Source: the human T2T-CHM13v2.0 reference genome, Homo sapiens
Length of the DNA stretch: 64,000 nucleotides
Direction: 5' to 3' (one strand)
Assembly: GCF_009914755.1 (NCBI RefSeq)
Contig: NC_060941.1
Each line of letters starts with the position of its first letter. The first letter of the stretch is position 1. This document shows positions 39,001-53,689 of this stretch, piece by piece. The translations under genes and the position numbers were made by a program. The notes under the pieces were generated by a model. It worked only from the letters and a program-made list of their open reading frames with translations, did not search any database and was not told the DNA's origin.

Positions 39001-40333
39001 GCCTGGGAAGCAAAATTGATAATACCTTGTGATTCAGCCACACTTGGCTTGAGCTCAGCAAGTCCTGATGCCTCCCTGGGCATCAGCTTTCCCATGAGCA
39101 ACCATACAAGGTAATTGGAAACGTCAAGGAAGACAATGGGCGTGGAAGTGATTTATAAAGCATATACCCTATAGTGTGCTGTGCACATGGAACGGCGTTG
39201 GAGATGAGAGAATGGTGATGAAGATGATAAAATTGCTGGATTTTTAGGTTAAAAGTTGTGATAAACAGACAAGTGGGTTTATTACAGGCAAAATGCTACT
39301 TTCTCTATTTAATACCTGTCCTGGGGCTATTGCTGCTGGAAATCAAAGCAATACTACTGTCCCACCCCCCTTGCAAGAAGGAATCAAGGAAGGGGTTAAG
39401 ATTATCCTGATGTCAGGTAAGTCCTCTCTTATTCCTCAGGCAGCAGTGAGTGAATCAAGGATTTTCCTGGGAGTCAGGGTTCCCCAGGAAAATTAACCAG
39501 GATATTGGCTCACTTCACTCCAGTAACAAAGGCAACCCTGTTGATAAAAGACGGAGCCTTGGGGTCTAGTCTTCTCAATCTTATGCACTCTGTTGCTGGC
39601 CCACAGAGGCTCTACATCTTACCTTCTCCCTCTCCTCCTCCTCCTCCAAATCAAAACCTCTTGGAGCTCAGTGAGTGGTTGGATTAGGAGGAAAAGGACC
39701 AGAAGGCAGTTCAAAAATGGCACTGGACTGACTGCAGTTCTGATCCTAGCTCTGCCACCAAAGAACTCCAGGACCTTGAGAAAGCCACAGTCTTTTTCTG
39801 AATCAGTGTTTTCATCTATAAAACACAGGATTCAGCCCTAGGGACACTATCAACTCCACATTCCAGGATTAGGATGAGGAATGAGGAGAGACATTACACC
39901 ACACCCATAATATTGATCTGAGTTCAGAGAGCTTGAGACGGAAGGACACATTGCAGACACACCAGCAACATGAAGAGAATGGGGAAGGGGCAAATGAGGA
40001 AATGCAGCTGGAGCTGGGGAGGAGATATTTATGCTTTTCAAGAGGCAGACCTCAGCCTCAGGACAATCCCCTAGGAACTGGGTAACCAGGGAAATGGGAA
40101 AATAATAACAGTAGCTAGCATTAACTGAGCACCAAGTTTGACATCCATCTTTCCAGTCCCTCTCCCTGTGAGTTTTCAGAATTTGTATCTAGATATTCAT
40201 CACCTCTTTCTTCTCTCCTGGGCATACTTGTATGGTACTGCCCACAGCTAAACACTATTTCAGTTGGAGTCTAAACCATCCTGACTGTCAGATTGCTATG
40301 TTTCTATACCTGGACACTTTACTATTGACTTAG

Positions 40334-40651
<318 letters not shown>

Positions 40652-40769
40652 TGACCTGTAAAGAGAGTATCTTTTTAATGTACTTGTTGCCGCATACTCC
40701 TGGTGACTGTTCAGCTTCTGACCAGCTACTCAGCCACTCCTCTCAGATGTTTCTTTATCATTACTGCAA

Positions 40770-40930
40770 ATCAGCTCTTTCCATCCTGTCCCTGTGATTG
40801 ATTCCTGGGCTCAGTATGTAGAACTTGACATTTATCTCTGCTAAATTTCATCCTGTTGGTTCAGGTCCATTGTTCCTAGCTGTCAGAGTTTAAATCTACC
40901 CTATCAGCCTTCTCTTCCAGCTTTGTGTGG
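40770..40930 (-). mobile_element. CR1/L3 fragment
   Basis: acatttatctctgctaaatttcatcctgttggttc...ttccagctttgtgt. Confidence 0.6.
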
Positions 40931-41339
40931 GGCTATGGGGGTGAGGGAGTGGAGCTGGCTGTGGCAGAACTGAGATGGGTGGCTGCTGCTACAAGGCATG
41001 GCTCAGTAAAGTGAAGAAAGTTGGATGGGGATGAATGGAGTTTATGGAATGGGTCTGGCTCAGGGCTGGTACAGAGCATGGCAAATAGCACAATAGATAA
41101 CATTTATTATGGGTTGGTCAATTTGAGTTTGGTGATAGTGTACAAGGCAGTTCAATATGGTGGGCGGGGCACGTGAGCAGTAGTCCTAGGCAGGTGTAAC
41201 ACCAGAGGGGCACAGCACTGAGATTCCAGAGGGTCAGAGCAACAAGAGTGAGACCCAATCAGTGACTGGGAGAACAGAGGCAAGAGTCCAGTGCTCTGGA
41301 AGAGAAAGAGCATTTTCAAGGACTAGGCAGGGAGTTAAC

Positions 41340-42030
41340 TTAGACCCCTTTCTCTCCTTCACCTCTCACACCCAATAGACCACCAAGACCTGCTGATGCT
41401 ACCATACAACTATCTTGCAGTTAATTTTCTTTCCATACTTTGTTTTATCTCCAGTTTAAACATTATTGTTTATTGCCAAATCTATAGATTACTAACTGAT
41501 CTTGCATTCTCAATCCCTCCCGCTGTATAACGCACAGGATCTTTCAAATTTGTGTCTGACCTAAACCTTTTTATGGTTCCCCATCATCGGTAGCATGAAG
41601 CACAGACTCCTCCCCATATTGCAAAGACCCTCTGTGATCTGGCTTCTGCCATATCCTCAGATTCAACTTAAGCTTAATCTATTCCAAGTGAGTTGCAGAC
41701 ATCAAATCTTCTAGCCTCCTAGTCTCAGCACATCCCGATCTCTCTGCCCGGATCGCCTACTAGCCCTGCACTTTCTCATCTGTGAACTCTCAACCTTGCT
41801 ATCCTAGTCCTGACATAGCCTCTTAAGGGAAGCCTTTCAGGAGCTCAAGTTCCAAAGCCTGGCTACCCCAGCACCAGGGTGAGCAGCTCTCATAACTCAT
41901 TATCATGCATTTTATTAGAGTTTATTTGTGTACCTCCCTTACTGGACTTCAAGCTCCTTGAAAAAAGGGATTGCTTTTTAAAAATCTCTGCATATAATAT
42001 GTGATCAGCAGGTTTTTGATGAGATGGACA
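41340..42030 (+). mobile_element. L2 fragment
   Basis: Degenerate L2 3' region ending actggacttcaagctccttga. Confidence 0.55.
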
Positions 42031-42124
42031 TGAATATCAAGGTTTCCAGCTCTGCAGTCTGGGGTTAGGGCAGAGTCCTAGGATACTGGGATATAGGAGT
42101 AAAAGATAGAAATGAGGCTGGACA

Positions 42125-42575
<451 letters not shown>

Positions 42576-42629
42576 TTATGGGGGTGTGTGTGTGTGTACC
42601 GTGTACATGCACACAATCTGTAGTGTAGC

Positions 42630-42875
42630 ATTATGAGAAGAATCAGGCTTTTAGAATCAGGTTTATTGAAAAGAATCACTAAACCAGGGTATACTGTTTC
42701 TGCTACTTTGCACCCATGTGCCTTTGGATAAGCTCATCGATCTCTCGGATCCTCAGTTTTCTCATATGTAAAATGGGGCTAATCATGTCTGTCTCTGAGT
42801 CAATGTAAATAAAAAAACACCTCACCCTGTGCCTGGCAAGCGGCAGATGCTCAATAAATAGCATGCACTTGGTTA
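42630..42875 (+). mobile_element. MIR
   Basis: cctcagttttctcatatgtaaaatgggg...tgcctggca...tgctcaataaat. Confidence 0.8.
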
Positions 42876-43490
42876 TCGTGGTTGGTCCACTGAGGAAATG
42901 TAAGCCCAGCACACCAGCTGGACTAAACATGGTCTTCACTGCAGGGAGGCTGAATGTCATCAAAAGGCTCTTCAGGAAATGAGAGCAGAGGAGGAGACAG
43001 GATGTTAACAGCCTGATTCATTAGGAACTCTTCCTGTAGTCTTCACTGGGGCAGGGTCAAGGGGCCGGGAACACTTGGACAAGCTGCTCGGCACATCCTC
43101 TTCTGCCACAGGCCGGAGTCTCACTCCCAATACCTGATGCTCTATCTTCCCCCTCAGGACAATGATTCTATTAGTCCCTGAAAACAGCTCTGTTTACAAT
43201 GCTGCCTCATGACAGGCAGGAGGGCTTCCAAGATTTCAGTTTATCTTCCATTAGCTGCTTTTTAAATTTATGCCTTCCTCCCAGAGAGGGCCCACAGACT
43301 CTATGCTGAGATACAGAGACAGCCGCAGCTTGGCCTTATCGGCAAGCACACCGATAAATCATCGCTCTGTGGTTTCATCCTGGGGAAGTGATACATCTCA
43401 TCTCATTGGTTTGTTTCCAAGGCTGATATTTTCTGATTTCCTACCTAGACTCTGAGGTTTATTCTATTTGGAGTTTGCATCCTCTTATGC

Positions 43491-44015
43491 CAAGGATCAG
43501 CAAACGATTTCTGTAAAAGGCCAGAGAGTAAATATTTTAGGCTTTGGGACACCTATGGTCTCTGTCATATATGCTTTCATTCTCATCGTTTTCTCTTTTT
43601 TTTTTGTTGCAACCCTTTAAAAATATAAAATGGCTGGGCGTGGTGGCTCACGCCTGTAATACCAGCACTTTGGGAGGCAGAGGCAGGTGGAGCACAAGGT
43701 CAGGAGTTCAAGACTAGCTTGGCTAACGTGGTGAAACCCCATCTCTACTAAAAATACAAAAACTTAGCTGGGCCTGGTGGCACATATGCCTCTAATCCCA
43801 GCTACTCAGGAGGCTGAGGCAGGAGAATTGCTTGAACCCAGCAGGCAGAGGTTGCAGTCAGCCAAGATCGTGCCACTGCACTCCAGCCTGGGCAACAGAG
43901 CTAGACCCTGTTTCAAAACAAAATATATATATGACATTTTTAGTTGGGATTGTATAAAAATATGCCATAGTCTGAATAGTGTCCCAAATCAGAGGGCCAC
44001 AGTTCGCTGACTCCT
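43491..44015. mobile_element. MER58-type hAT element interrupted by an Alu
   Basis: cagcaaac...ctgtaaaaggccagagagtaaatattttaggcttt...gggccacagttcgctgactcct. Confidence 0.8.
43632..43923 (+). mobile_element. Alu (AluSg-like)
   Basis: Forward dimer with the 2-bp-deleted cacaaggtcaggagttc signature. Confidence 0.95.
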
Positions 44016-44084
44016 CACATCATTCACTAAATAAATGCAATCACAAACTTATTCCCCTCCTCTACCTTTTGCCCCATTTCCTGA

Positions 44085-44228
44085 CTCCTCCTCCCTCTCC
44101 TCCCTTTTCCATCTTTTCTCTTCCTGCCCTCCCCTCCCCGCTTCCTCCTCCCCTTCTTTTACTTCCGTCCTCTTCCCTCCATGCCCCTCCTCCCTTGCTC
44201 CCTTCTTCCTTTTCTTCTTTCCTCCTTC
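44085..44228. repeat. CT-rich low-complexity tract
   Basis: Nearly pure pyrimidine; source of the Pro/Ser-rich spurious ORFs. Confidence 0.9.
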
Positions 44229-44720
44229 AGCATTTACAGAGCATTTACTAGGTTTGGGGGTGCTGTGCTGTGGCTCAGGGATATAAAGATGAGTACAACA
44301 AGAGCCTTCTTCTCAAGGATGTTCCAGTATTTGAGGAGATGAAGCCTGCAACTGTAGACGGTCAAGTGTACTAACAGGAATCACAACCTGTCTGCCTTGA
44401 CACTGTGTGGGCAGTGTGACAGCGTTATCTCGGGCTACCACCTGCAGGCCATGGAAGCCCAGTAGAGAGAGAAGACAGAGCCTGCCTGCCTAGGGAGGGT
44501 GGTGGCCATCCCAGGGAGGTGGGGCCAGTCCAAGTTGGACCTCAAGCAAGAGTTTACCTCATAGTGCTTTCCATGCAGTGGAAACATTTAAGCAAAAGGG
44601 TAAAGGCAGGAGAGTACATTTGAGAAAGGCATTCCTGAGAAGTCAGGTGGGGTACACAGCACACCTAAAAGTGGAATGATGTGGCAGGTAGGAGCTTGAA
44701 GAGCATTTACTAGGTTTGCT

Positions 44721-44947
44721 CAAGCTTGAAGCTGCTCCAGGCTGCCTTCAGTTTCTGGGTTTATCCTTCCAACCTGGCACTGTCTCCCATGCAAACCTCT
44801 TATGATGCAGACCCCTGGAATAGCTCCCATCACTCACCAGCACCATCATCTCCAGAAAAAGCCCTGTCAATATTTACCCATGGAAGGGTGACCTCTTACT
44901 TCTGAGGAGTTTTGGACCTGAATGGAGTTCAGTTGACAAACTGTCAG
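44721..44947 (+). repeat. 227-bp direct duplicate of 48671-48897
   Basis: Ungapped, 12 mismatches counted (~95%), offset 3950 bp. Confidence 0.97.
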
Positions 44948-45863
44948 AGCCAACCTCCAGAGCTGGAGTTGGTTACAATCTCAATCCTTTACTCACGTTT
45001 GGGGATCTTTGGGCCAGCTCCTTAAGCTTCCCAAGCTGGTTTTTGTTAAGTTATAATAGTGCCTCCCATAGGAATGCTGGGAGAAAGATGTGAGTTAATG
45101 AATGTAAAGTGCTTAGCACAGCATCTGGCACAGGGTAAGTGTCTGGTAAATGTCAGTTGTTTCTATCAAGAGAGGGGAGGAAGGTAGGACGGAGGGAGGG
45201 CGGGACAGGATGCTGGGGTCAGATCACACCTGCCTAGAACTGACTTTGGACTTTAGCATGTAGGTAATGGGGACCATTTAAAGGTTATAAGCCAAGGCCT
45301 CAGATTTCACCCCCTTTAGGCTCTAACCCCCTTTTAGACTATGGACATTGGCAAAACCTATGGGGCAGGCTTCATAATGTCCACTTCACAGATGAGTCAA
45401 GTGAGGCTTAGGGAGCTTAACCTCTTCCTCAAGGCCAATCGGCTCATCTGCCGCAATCCCAAGTCTGGTTTCCTGAACTCTGTGTTCTATGCTCTTCCCT
45501 CCCACACTGCTCGCTAACAGACTGACAGACGGCATCATGCCAGCCTTGCCCAGGCTCCAGTTAGCAGACAAATCATAACTGGCTGGCGGGGCTGCGTGCC
45601 TGCTGCAGTTGTGTTTATCATTCATCAGAGAAGAGAAGCAACCTGCCAGGCCGGCAAGTCAGGCCCCGCAGAGAGAAGACTTAAGGTGATGTAGCCTATG
45701 GGGCTGGTCCTGGGGATGAAAATTTGGATTGTTGGATATGCTTAGGAAAAGAATATTTCAGCAATTCACTGAAAGCTGAATATAGCCCTTGCCCAGGGAG
45801 TGCTTTGAGTACTTAAGGAACTGGTGAAAGCAAGGCTAGACTGGGACCCAGGAGGCCTGGGTT

Positions 45864-46045
45864 CTGCCCTAGCCTTGCCATTACAATAGGGGAGAAAGCA
45901 CAACTTGTTTTAATTTCTGGATTTCAGAGTCCTACTGTGTAAAAAGAAGAGTTTGGGAAAATTCAGCTTAAGAGTAGATAGTATTGTAGTGGGGTTATGG
46001 AAAAATTCTGTTCCCTTCTCTTTAAATAGCCCTCCAGAGGGAGGT
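45864..46045 (+). repeat. ~180-bp direct duplicate of 47991-48168
   Basis: Shared gagtttgggaaaattcagcttaa.agtag.tagtattgtagtg.ggttatggaaaaa; roughly 80-85% identity. Confidence 0.93.
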
Positions 46046-46197
46046 AGTAGCTGTGGGGTAGCACAGAGCAGTGAAGTGAGCATCTATCTGCATGTGAGTC
46101 TGGACTTTGCCTGTAACTCACTGTGTGACCTGGAGTTTTCCAGCCCTGTCTCAGAACCTGAGTTCTTGTATCTGTACAGCAGGTGGGTTGGGCCAGA

Positions 46198-46800
<603 letters not shown>

Positions 46801-47379
46801 TGTCACCAGCTTGTAGAAGCATCTGAGAGTGCAACCCCTGCACGAGGCCTTGTGAACCCACATTCTCTGCCCGTAGACATGAACATGTCACCCTGCTCTC
46901 TGAGACAGAGACCCAGCTCCTCCTGGGGGTCATGCACCCTCCGCAGTAAGGCCGTAGAGTCTGTTGTCTGCATCCCCACACTTGCTTAGATGACTGTATT
47001 ACAGCACACAGCAATTATTACAGATTTTCACATGTACATTTATATTAGTGTAGCGAACATGCTTTTTCAAGCTACTGCACCCTTTTGGAGATGCTGAGCC
47101 TTTTCACAGACGGGTGCCCACCCCACCCACCCCATCCATGCCCCCTCCAGCTGTATGGCTGTAAGACTCTGTGGCTGTCACCCTAATTCTTGGTTCATCG
47201 GCCATACCCAGAGTGTTCAGTCACCATACAAAAGCAGGATGAGGACACACCAAACTGACAAGCAGTGACTCTCCAATAGAGGGTAGTTCCTTTCCTGGAT
47301 GCTGCTTTTATTTCTGTCTTCTGCTCAGTCTCTTTTGGCTTTAGACACACACCCATGTTCTTGGAAACTCCTTTGGATA

Positions 47380-47830
47380 ATGGCTGCCACCTCCAACTCA
47401 GCATGTCCCATCTAGACTCATCATCACTTCCCCTACCTCTATTCTTGCTCCTTTTCCCTAGTTCTTTATTTCAATGACTGGGCACCACCCAGTTGCCCTA
47501 GCCAGAAAATGGGGAGTCATCTTCTATTTCTCCCTTTCACTCATACTCTAAAGCCCATCAAAACCAACCTTTGGTGATTCCACCTTTTCGAAGGTGCCCA
47601 CTTCCTCCCTGTCTCACTGCCCACATCCAAGTCAAGGCCATTGCTGCCTCTGGCCTGGACTCCTGCAATAGCCAGAGAACTTGGGGTCCCCTTATTCATA
47701 CTCACTCTACTACCCTCCAATCCCATTGCACAAGCCAGCATGGTCTTTGAAAAACCCAAATCTGATCATGGCAGCCTGTATTTAAAACCTTTTCAACACT
47801 TAGGATAAAGACCCAAGTCCCTAACAAGGC
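47380..47830 (+). mobile_element. L2 fragment
   Basis: ctccaactcagcatgtcc...gagtcatc...aaatctgatcatg. Confidence 0.7.
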
Positions 47831-47990
47831 AGGATGTGGGTGCTCTGTATATAGTAGGTTTGGAGGCATCCTCACTTGCCACGAAACCCACAGTCACCAA
47901 AAGAACCAAGCCTGGGGCTTCCAGGAAGCAGCTCATGTGGTAATGCAAACCACAGAGGTCAAGAGGGCTCTTAGATACCCTCACCTAGGG

Positions 47991-48168
47991 CTGCCCAGCC
48001 CTTGTCAGTGCAATAAGGGGAAAGCACATCTTATTTTTATTTCTGGGTTTCAGCGTCCTGTGTAAAAGGAGGAGTTTGGGAAAATTCAGCTTAATAGTAG
48101 GTAGTATTGTAGTGAGGTTATGGAAAAAATCATATCACTTTTCTTCAAACAGTCCTCCAAAGGGAGGT
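47991..48168 (+). repeat. Second copy of 45864-46045
   Basis: Direct alignment visible. Confidence 0.93.
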
Positions 48169-48670
48169 CTTAATGGTTCCAGGAGCTCAGTCTGACCAAG
48201 ATAAGGGTGAAACTCTGCAGTCACTATCTATGCTGAAAGAGAAGCATCTTTCAGTGCTCCTCAAGATTTCCTAAAAAGTCACCTCCAGAGGCTAGAGCCT
48301 GGAAGAATTGGCAAAACATGAGTCATCATTATTTTGACTTGAAAGGAGGGACAGAAGCTTCTCCATGGACCAGGTTCCAAGGCTAGTTGGTCATAGCTGT
48401 AGGCAGCCTGTCCCTTAGCATCAGTTGTCCTTGATCTTAGAAACTTAAGACTGAGAGGAGAACACTTCTTTCCACTTATTATTATTGCTCCCACTGGGTA
48501 CTGAGCCTGCAGAGTTATAGTGTGAAGAGAGATGAGCATTTAGAAAAATAAAAGGAGAATAAGAAGATGAATGAGTCTCAGAAGGGAGTGAATCCACCAG
48601 ATTTAAAAAGAGACCAGGGAAAAGACCCTAGTACCATCACGTCTACACTCCTGCTTACTCTAGCTAGGCC

Positions 48671-48897
48671 CAAGCTTGAAGCTGCTCCAGGCTGCCTTCA
48701 GTTTCTGGGTTTATCCTTCTAACTTGGCACTGCCTCCCATGCCAACCTCTTATGGTGCAGACCCCTGGAATAGCTCCCATCACTCACCAGCACCATCATC
48801 TCCAGCAAAAGGCCTGTCAATATTTACCCATGGGAGGGTGACCTCTTGCTTCTGAGGAGTTTTGGCCATGAATGGAGTTCAGCTGACAAACTGTCAG
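48671..48897 (+). repeat. Second copy of 44721-44947
   Basis: Direct ungapped alignment. Confidence 0.97.
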
Positions 48898-49244
48898 TGC
48901 CAGCTGGTAGCCCCAGACTCTGTGCAAACTGGAAACCTGAAGGCCAGGGAAGGGAAGTGACTTGGCCAAGGTGAACATGGTGAACTTGGCTCCTGGACCA
49001 TGTATCCTGTTGTCCAGTCTTGTGCTCTTTGCATTATACGAAATAGTTTTATTGATCATTCTACAAAGTAACGGAATTTTCAAGCTAAATTTTAGCATGG
49101 GATTCTTGGGGATGGGTATAAATGATGAGGGTGCTGGCATGGCAGGACTGCTGTAGGAAGAAGAGAAACTAATAAGAGTAAGAGTAGAATACTTCTGTTG
49201 TTCTCAATTGCACTAATTTTAGCTTTTATTTTCATTAAATCACT

Positions 49245-49520
49245 CTCCTGTGTTGTTTTGCATTTATTTTATGATTCTTTATCTAATTTCTTAGGTTGAC
49301 TACTTAGTGCAATTATTTTCAGCTTTTCACAAGAAATAATAGAGGCATTGAGTGCTATAAAATGTCCTCTGAACACAGCTTTAGCTGTGTCCCATAGGCT
49401 TTGATGTGGAGTATTCTCCTTTTCATTACTTTCTAGATAATGCATAACTTCTGTTTTTATTTCTTCTTTGAGCCAAGAATTACTTAGGAAAGTATCTCTT
49501 AATTTCAAAGTAGTTAAGAG
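49245..49520 (-). mobile_element. Old L1M ORF2 fragment (post-endonuclease region)
   Basis: ORF 49269..49574 KLRDTFLSNSWLKEEIKTEVMHYLESNEKENTPHQSLWDTAKAVFRGHFIALNA resembles L1 ORF2 (..NLWDAFKAVCRGKFIALNA). Confidence 0.88.
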
Positions 49521-51823
49521 TTTTGGGGCCATTGGAGACAGAATGAAGAGGAGTTGGCTCCAAAGAAGAGACAAGCAATTAAAGCCAACTTCCCAACTTC
49601 TGTCTGGTGCCAGCTAGGTTGGGCATTTTTGTCCTGTCTTCACTGATTTGGGGCAGTAAGAGGTGAGAGGAAGTTGGGGAACAAAACCCCATGACGTCCT
49701 CAGTTTAGTGTCTGTTCTCCTTCCTGCCACTCAGGCTGTGACCAAGGGGACTGCTTCCTGCTCTGTCCCCTACACTTGGCTCCTGTCCTTGCCCAGGTTC
49801 AAAGGCGGCACCTTCCCAGAAGGCTCACTCCCATCTGTAGCTGGAAGTCACATCTGCTCAGGGCTGTTTGGAGGCTGCCTTCTGTTAGGCACAGACCTGT
49901 GCCCCTTCCAGCCCCCAGCTCAGGGGTGACCTTAGACGCCATCATAGGTGTAGGGAGGGCACCAACACTGCCCTCACATAATCGGATCAATGAATATGAG
50001 CACCAGCTGTGCCAGACACACTGCTGGGGGCATGACACATGGAACCTCGTGTACCTCGTGGGTAGACATCACTCCCATTTGGCAGGGATGGAAGACAATT
50101 CCCAGCTGTAGGCAGTTTTCTCAGGTACACAGCTGGGAACTGGATGCAAACACAGGTTTCTCTGGCTCTGAACCTTTGCCTTCATGCTGCATGCTCTAGC
50201 CTAATCTTGACCACCTGCCACTCCTGACTCAGAATTTTCAGATGAGAGAACTGAGGCCCTGGATTTCAAGGGACTTAGCTGTGCATGACACAGCAAGGCC
50301 CCAATGAACTGAAATGAAATGCACCACTGAGAAGCACACGTTCATGGCCCTGCCTTGCTGATCCTCTCCTTCCTCCATCTCCCCATCCTCTCTTCCACAC
50401 CCCCCTCAACCTCATCGCGGTCCTTGCCTTCCTAACTGGTAAAATTGAGAAATTTGGGGGGAATGTGGGAGGAATTAGGAACAGGCCAAAGGGGAGGGGA
50501 TTGTAGAGGGAAAGCATTGTTTTTGGACAGGAGGCCAACAAGACAAATGGACTCCTACATTCCGAGCATTTCAGAGCCACCTGTTTGGACTTCTGTCCTG
50601 CCCTTATTGATCTTTCCAGGGCATTTCCCCAGTGACCAAGAATTACGGATCTTTTTCTGGAATGGGATCCCATACCATTACAATAGATCATTTAAGGACT
50701 TTTATGACCGTGCTGCTAGGAACTAGGATTCTAAAGTTTAAAAAGATCACGTGGTCTTGGAAAGGCAGCCTTGTCTGTCCTCTACCTCATGGGCTACTCC
50801 ACCTTCTTCCCTGATTCATGGCTTTGCTCACTCTCTAAATCACTGACTTTCTCGGCCCCTTGGCTGTGTGGCCATAGAGAAGCTGCTGGGCCTTGAGGAG
50901 TCATCCCGTGTTATCCCCTGGAAGCAGGACCTCGGTCCTTTCTCCCAGATGTTCTTTCTCACCTCCTGCCAAACTCCGTGCCAGCCCTCAGCACCACAGC
51001 CTGAGAAGTCATGCTTTCTTTTGTACTGTGTCCACGGATATGTGCCCAGCCTGTCATAGGTGCCAGTAAGTATTTAGTGAATAAAGGAGTAAAGGAATGA
51101 ATGGATCCATCATGAATTATAGCTGCCTAGCTGGCACTTGGTGGATGGGGCAAGGAGGGAAGTGCACAGGGCAGAGGAATTGCTCCGTCGCTGTTCCTGA
51201 AGCTCTGGGGTTGGGAGGGGATGGAGGAGGAGAGCACATTCTGTCCCAAACCCCTCTAGATTCCCAGGACATACCCATACACTCCAGCCCTGCCTAGTCT
51301 CTCCCAACCAGCCTTGGCTGGCTCTGGATCTTCCTATGGGGCGCTCAGGTGGGCCTCAGAAGTAGACCCTGAGGCAGCCATGGACATTCACAGCCTGGTT
51401 TATTCAGCACAGCTCTGGCACCAAACTCACTCCATGGCCTATGGGTATTTCAGGCCCATGGGTTGAACCTCTCTCAGCCCTGTTTTCTTCTCTGTAAAAT
51501 GGAGATGAGAATACTCACGTGTTCTAGTAGGAATAACTCAAGACACGGAATGTGAAGTGTTAGCAGAGTGTCCAGTGCCTTTGAGTGCCTCTCTCCTCCC
51601 TTCTATTTATTTTTAAGGCTACTCATCCTCTTCCAGGCCTTGTCTGACCCACGGCTTCTGCTTCCTTCCCGCATGGCTGGGGCTACTGGATCCTTAGCTG
51701 CAAGCTTAGCCCTGCCCGTGGCTCCTAGGACCAATCCTGAGGCTTCAATAGTCCCAGATGCCCACTCTCGGACTTGGCTTGCTATTCCTGTCCTGACCTC
51801 CGTCCTGTTCTGAAGAATGCAGA

Positions 51824-52170
51824 GGCCGGGTGCGGTGGCTCACGCCTGTAATCCTGGCACTTTGGGAGGCTGAGGTGGATGGATTGCTTGACCTCAGAAG
51901 TTTGAGACCAGCCTGGGCAACATGGCAAAACCCGGTCTCTAAAAAAAAATACAAAAATTAGCTGGGCGTGGTGGTGTGCGCCTGTAGTCCCAGCTACTTG
52001 GGGCGGGGGATGGCTGAAGTAGGAGGGTAGCTTGAGTTGGAGAGGTTGAGGCTGCAGTGAGCCAAGATCCTGACACTGCACTCCAGCCTGGGCGACAGAG
52101 CAAGATTCTGTCTCCAAAACAAAACAAAACAAAACAAAACAAAACAAAACAAAACAAAACAAAACAAAAC
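51824..52170 (+). mobile_element. AluJ-type with (AAAAC)11 tail
   Basis: Forward dimer; TSD aagaatgcaga (51813-51823) / aagaacgcaga (52171-52181). Confidence 0.95.
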
Positions 52171-52340
52171 AAGAACGCAGAGCGCAGTGTCCAGCTGGGT
52201 GGAGCCCAGAACTGCAGAGATGTGCTGAAAGATACTCCCGAGGCCACCACCACTCCCACATTGCCTTCCTTCTTCACACACAACCAGAACGTGCAGTTTG
52301 CATCACTCACATAGAAATTACCAAAGTTATTAATCACAGC

Positions 52341-52455
52341 GTATGAGTGTGTGTGTTTGTATGTGTGTGTGTGTGTGAGTGTGAGTGTGAATGTGTGTTT
52401 GTAAGTGTGTTTGTGAGTGTGAGTGTGTGAGTGTGTGTGTGTGTGTGTGTGTGTA
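52341..52455. repeat. Imperfect (GT)n/(GAGTGT)n microsatellite
   Basis: Directly visible. Confidence 0.95.
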
Positions 52456-52499
52456 TGGAGGAGGGGTGGTGATGCTGTTGTTGCTCCTTCAGTTACAGT

Positions 52500-52700
52500 A
52501 ATGGCACTCAACCTAACTACACATTAGATTCTCCTAGAAAGACTTGAAAATGCCGATATTCAGGCAGAAGTTTTGATTTCATTGGTCTGGAGTGGACCCT
52601 GGACATTGGGAATTTTATTAGTGCTATTAACACTTCCAGGTAAGTCTAGTGTGCAACTGGTGTTGGGTACAACGGAACAACTGGTGTTGGGAACTGATGT
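52500..52700. mobile_element. MER5-type relic with a 24-bp-period duplication of caactggtgttggg
   Basis: acattagattctcctag...ttggtctggagtggaccctgg...ccaggtaagtcta. Confidence 0.6.
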
Positions 52701-53123
52701 GAGCTCGCTGACATCAGGGATTTGGCTTTATCTATTTTGTCTCCTTGGAGGTGCCTGGCTTAGTACTCAGTGCCTGTAAATGGATCAGGAGTCCCTGTCT
52801 CTGGGACACTTTGCCTGACCACCCTCCTCCCTCCCATGCCTGGGCTAGGTGTTGTGCTCTTATTACACTGGGTTTGATTTCCTGTTTCCTGTCTGTCTTT
52901 TTCAATAGACAATGGACTGCCCTAGGGCAGGATCCAGATTTTCATCTCTGGCTCCTTTGTCAAAACCCTCACACATCAGAATGTATCGGTGCCGCATGGG
53001 TCTGAGGACATCTTATCCCTTCTTTTCAGGGTCCCTGGTAGTTAACGAAGCCTCTCTTTTCTTCTAGATGTTGTTTCTTTGCTTTGGGAAATGGTTCTCA
53101 AACCCTCATAACCTCTATCTTAG

Positions 53124-53453
<330 letters not shown>

Positions 53454-53689
53454 TAAATTACCCTACACCTTAGCAATTTATAACAAATGGTTTCTGTGGG
53501 TCAGGAGTTGGGAGTAGCCTAGCGGAGTGATTCTAGCCGAGGTCTCTTGTGAGGTTGCAGTCAAGATGCCAGCTGGGGGCTGCAGTATTTGAAGACTTAA
53601 CTGGGGTTGGAGAATCTACTCTGAGGGTCAATGCACACAAGTGAGAGAGCACTCAAGCCAGAGGCCACAGTCTTTTAAAATGCATAATA

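Noticed and set aside
43979-44286. Proline/serine-rich ORFs
   Set aside because: CT low-complexity tract
51939-52511. 190-aa ORF, the longest in the window
   Set aside because: Composed of (CA)n, (TTTTG)n and Alu sequence
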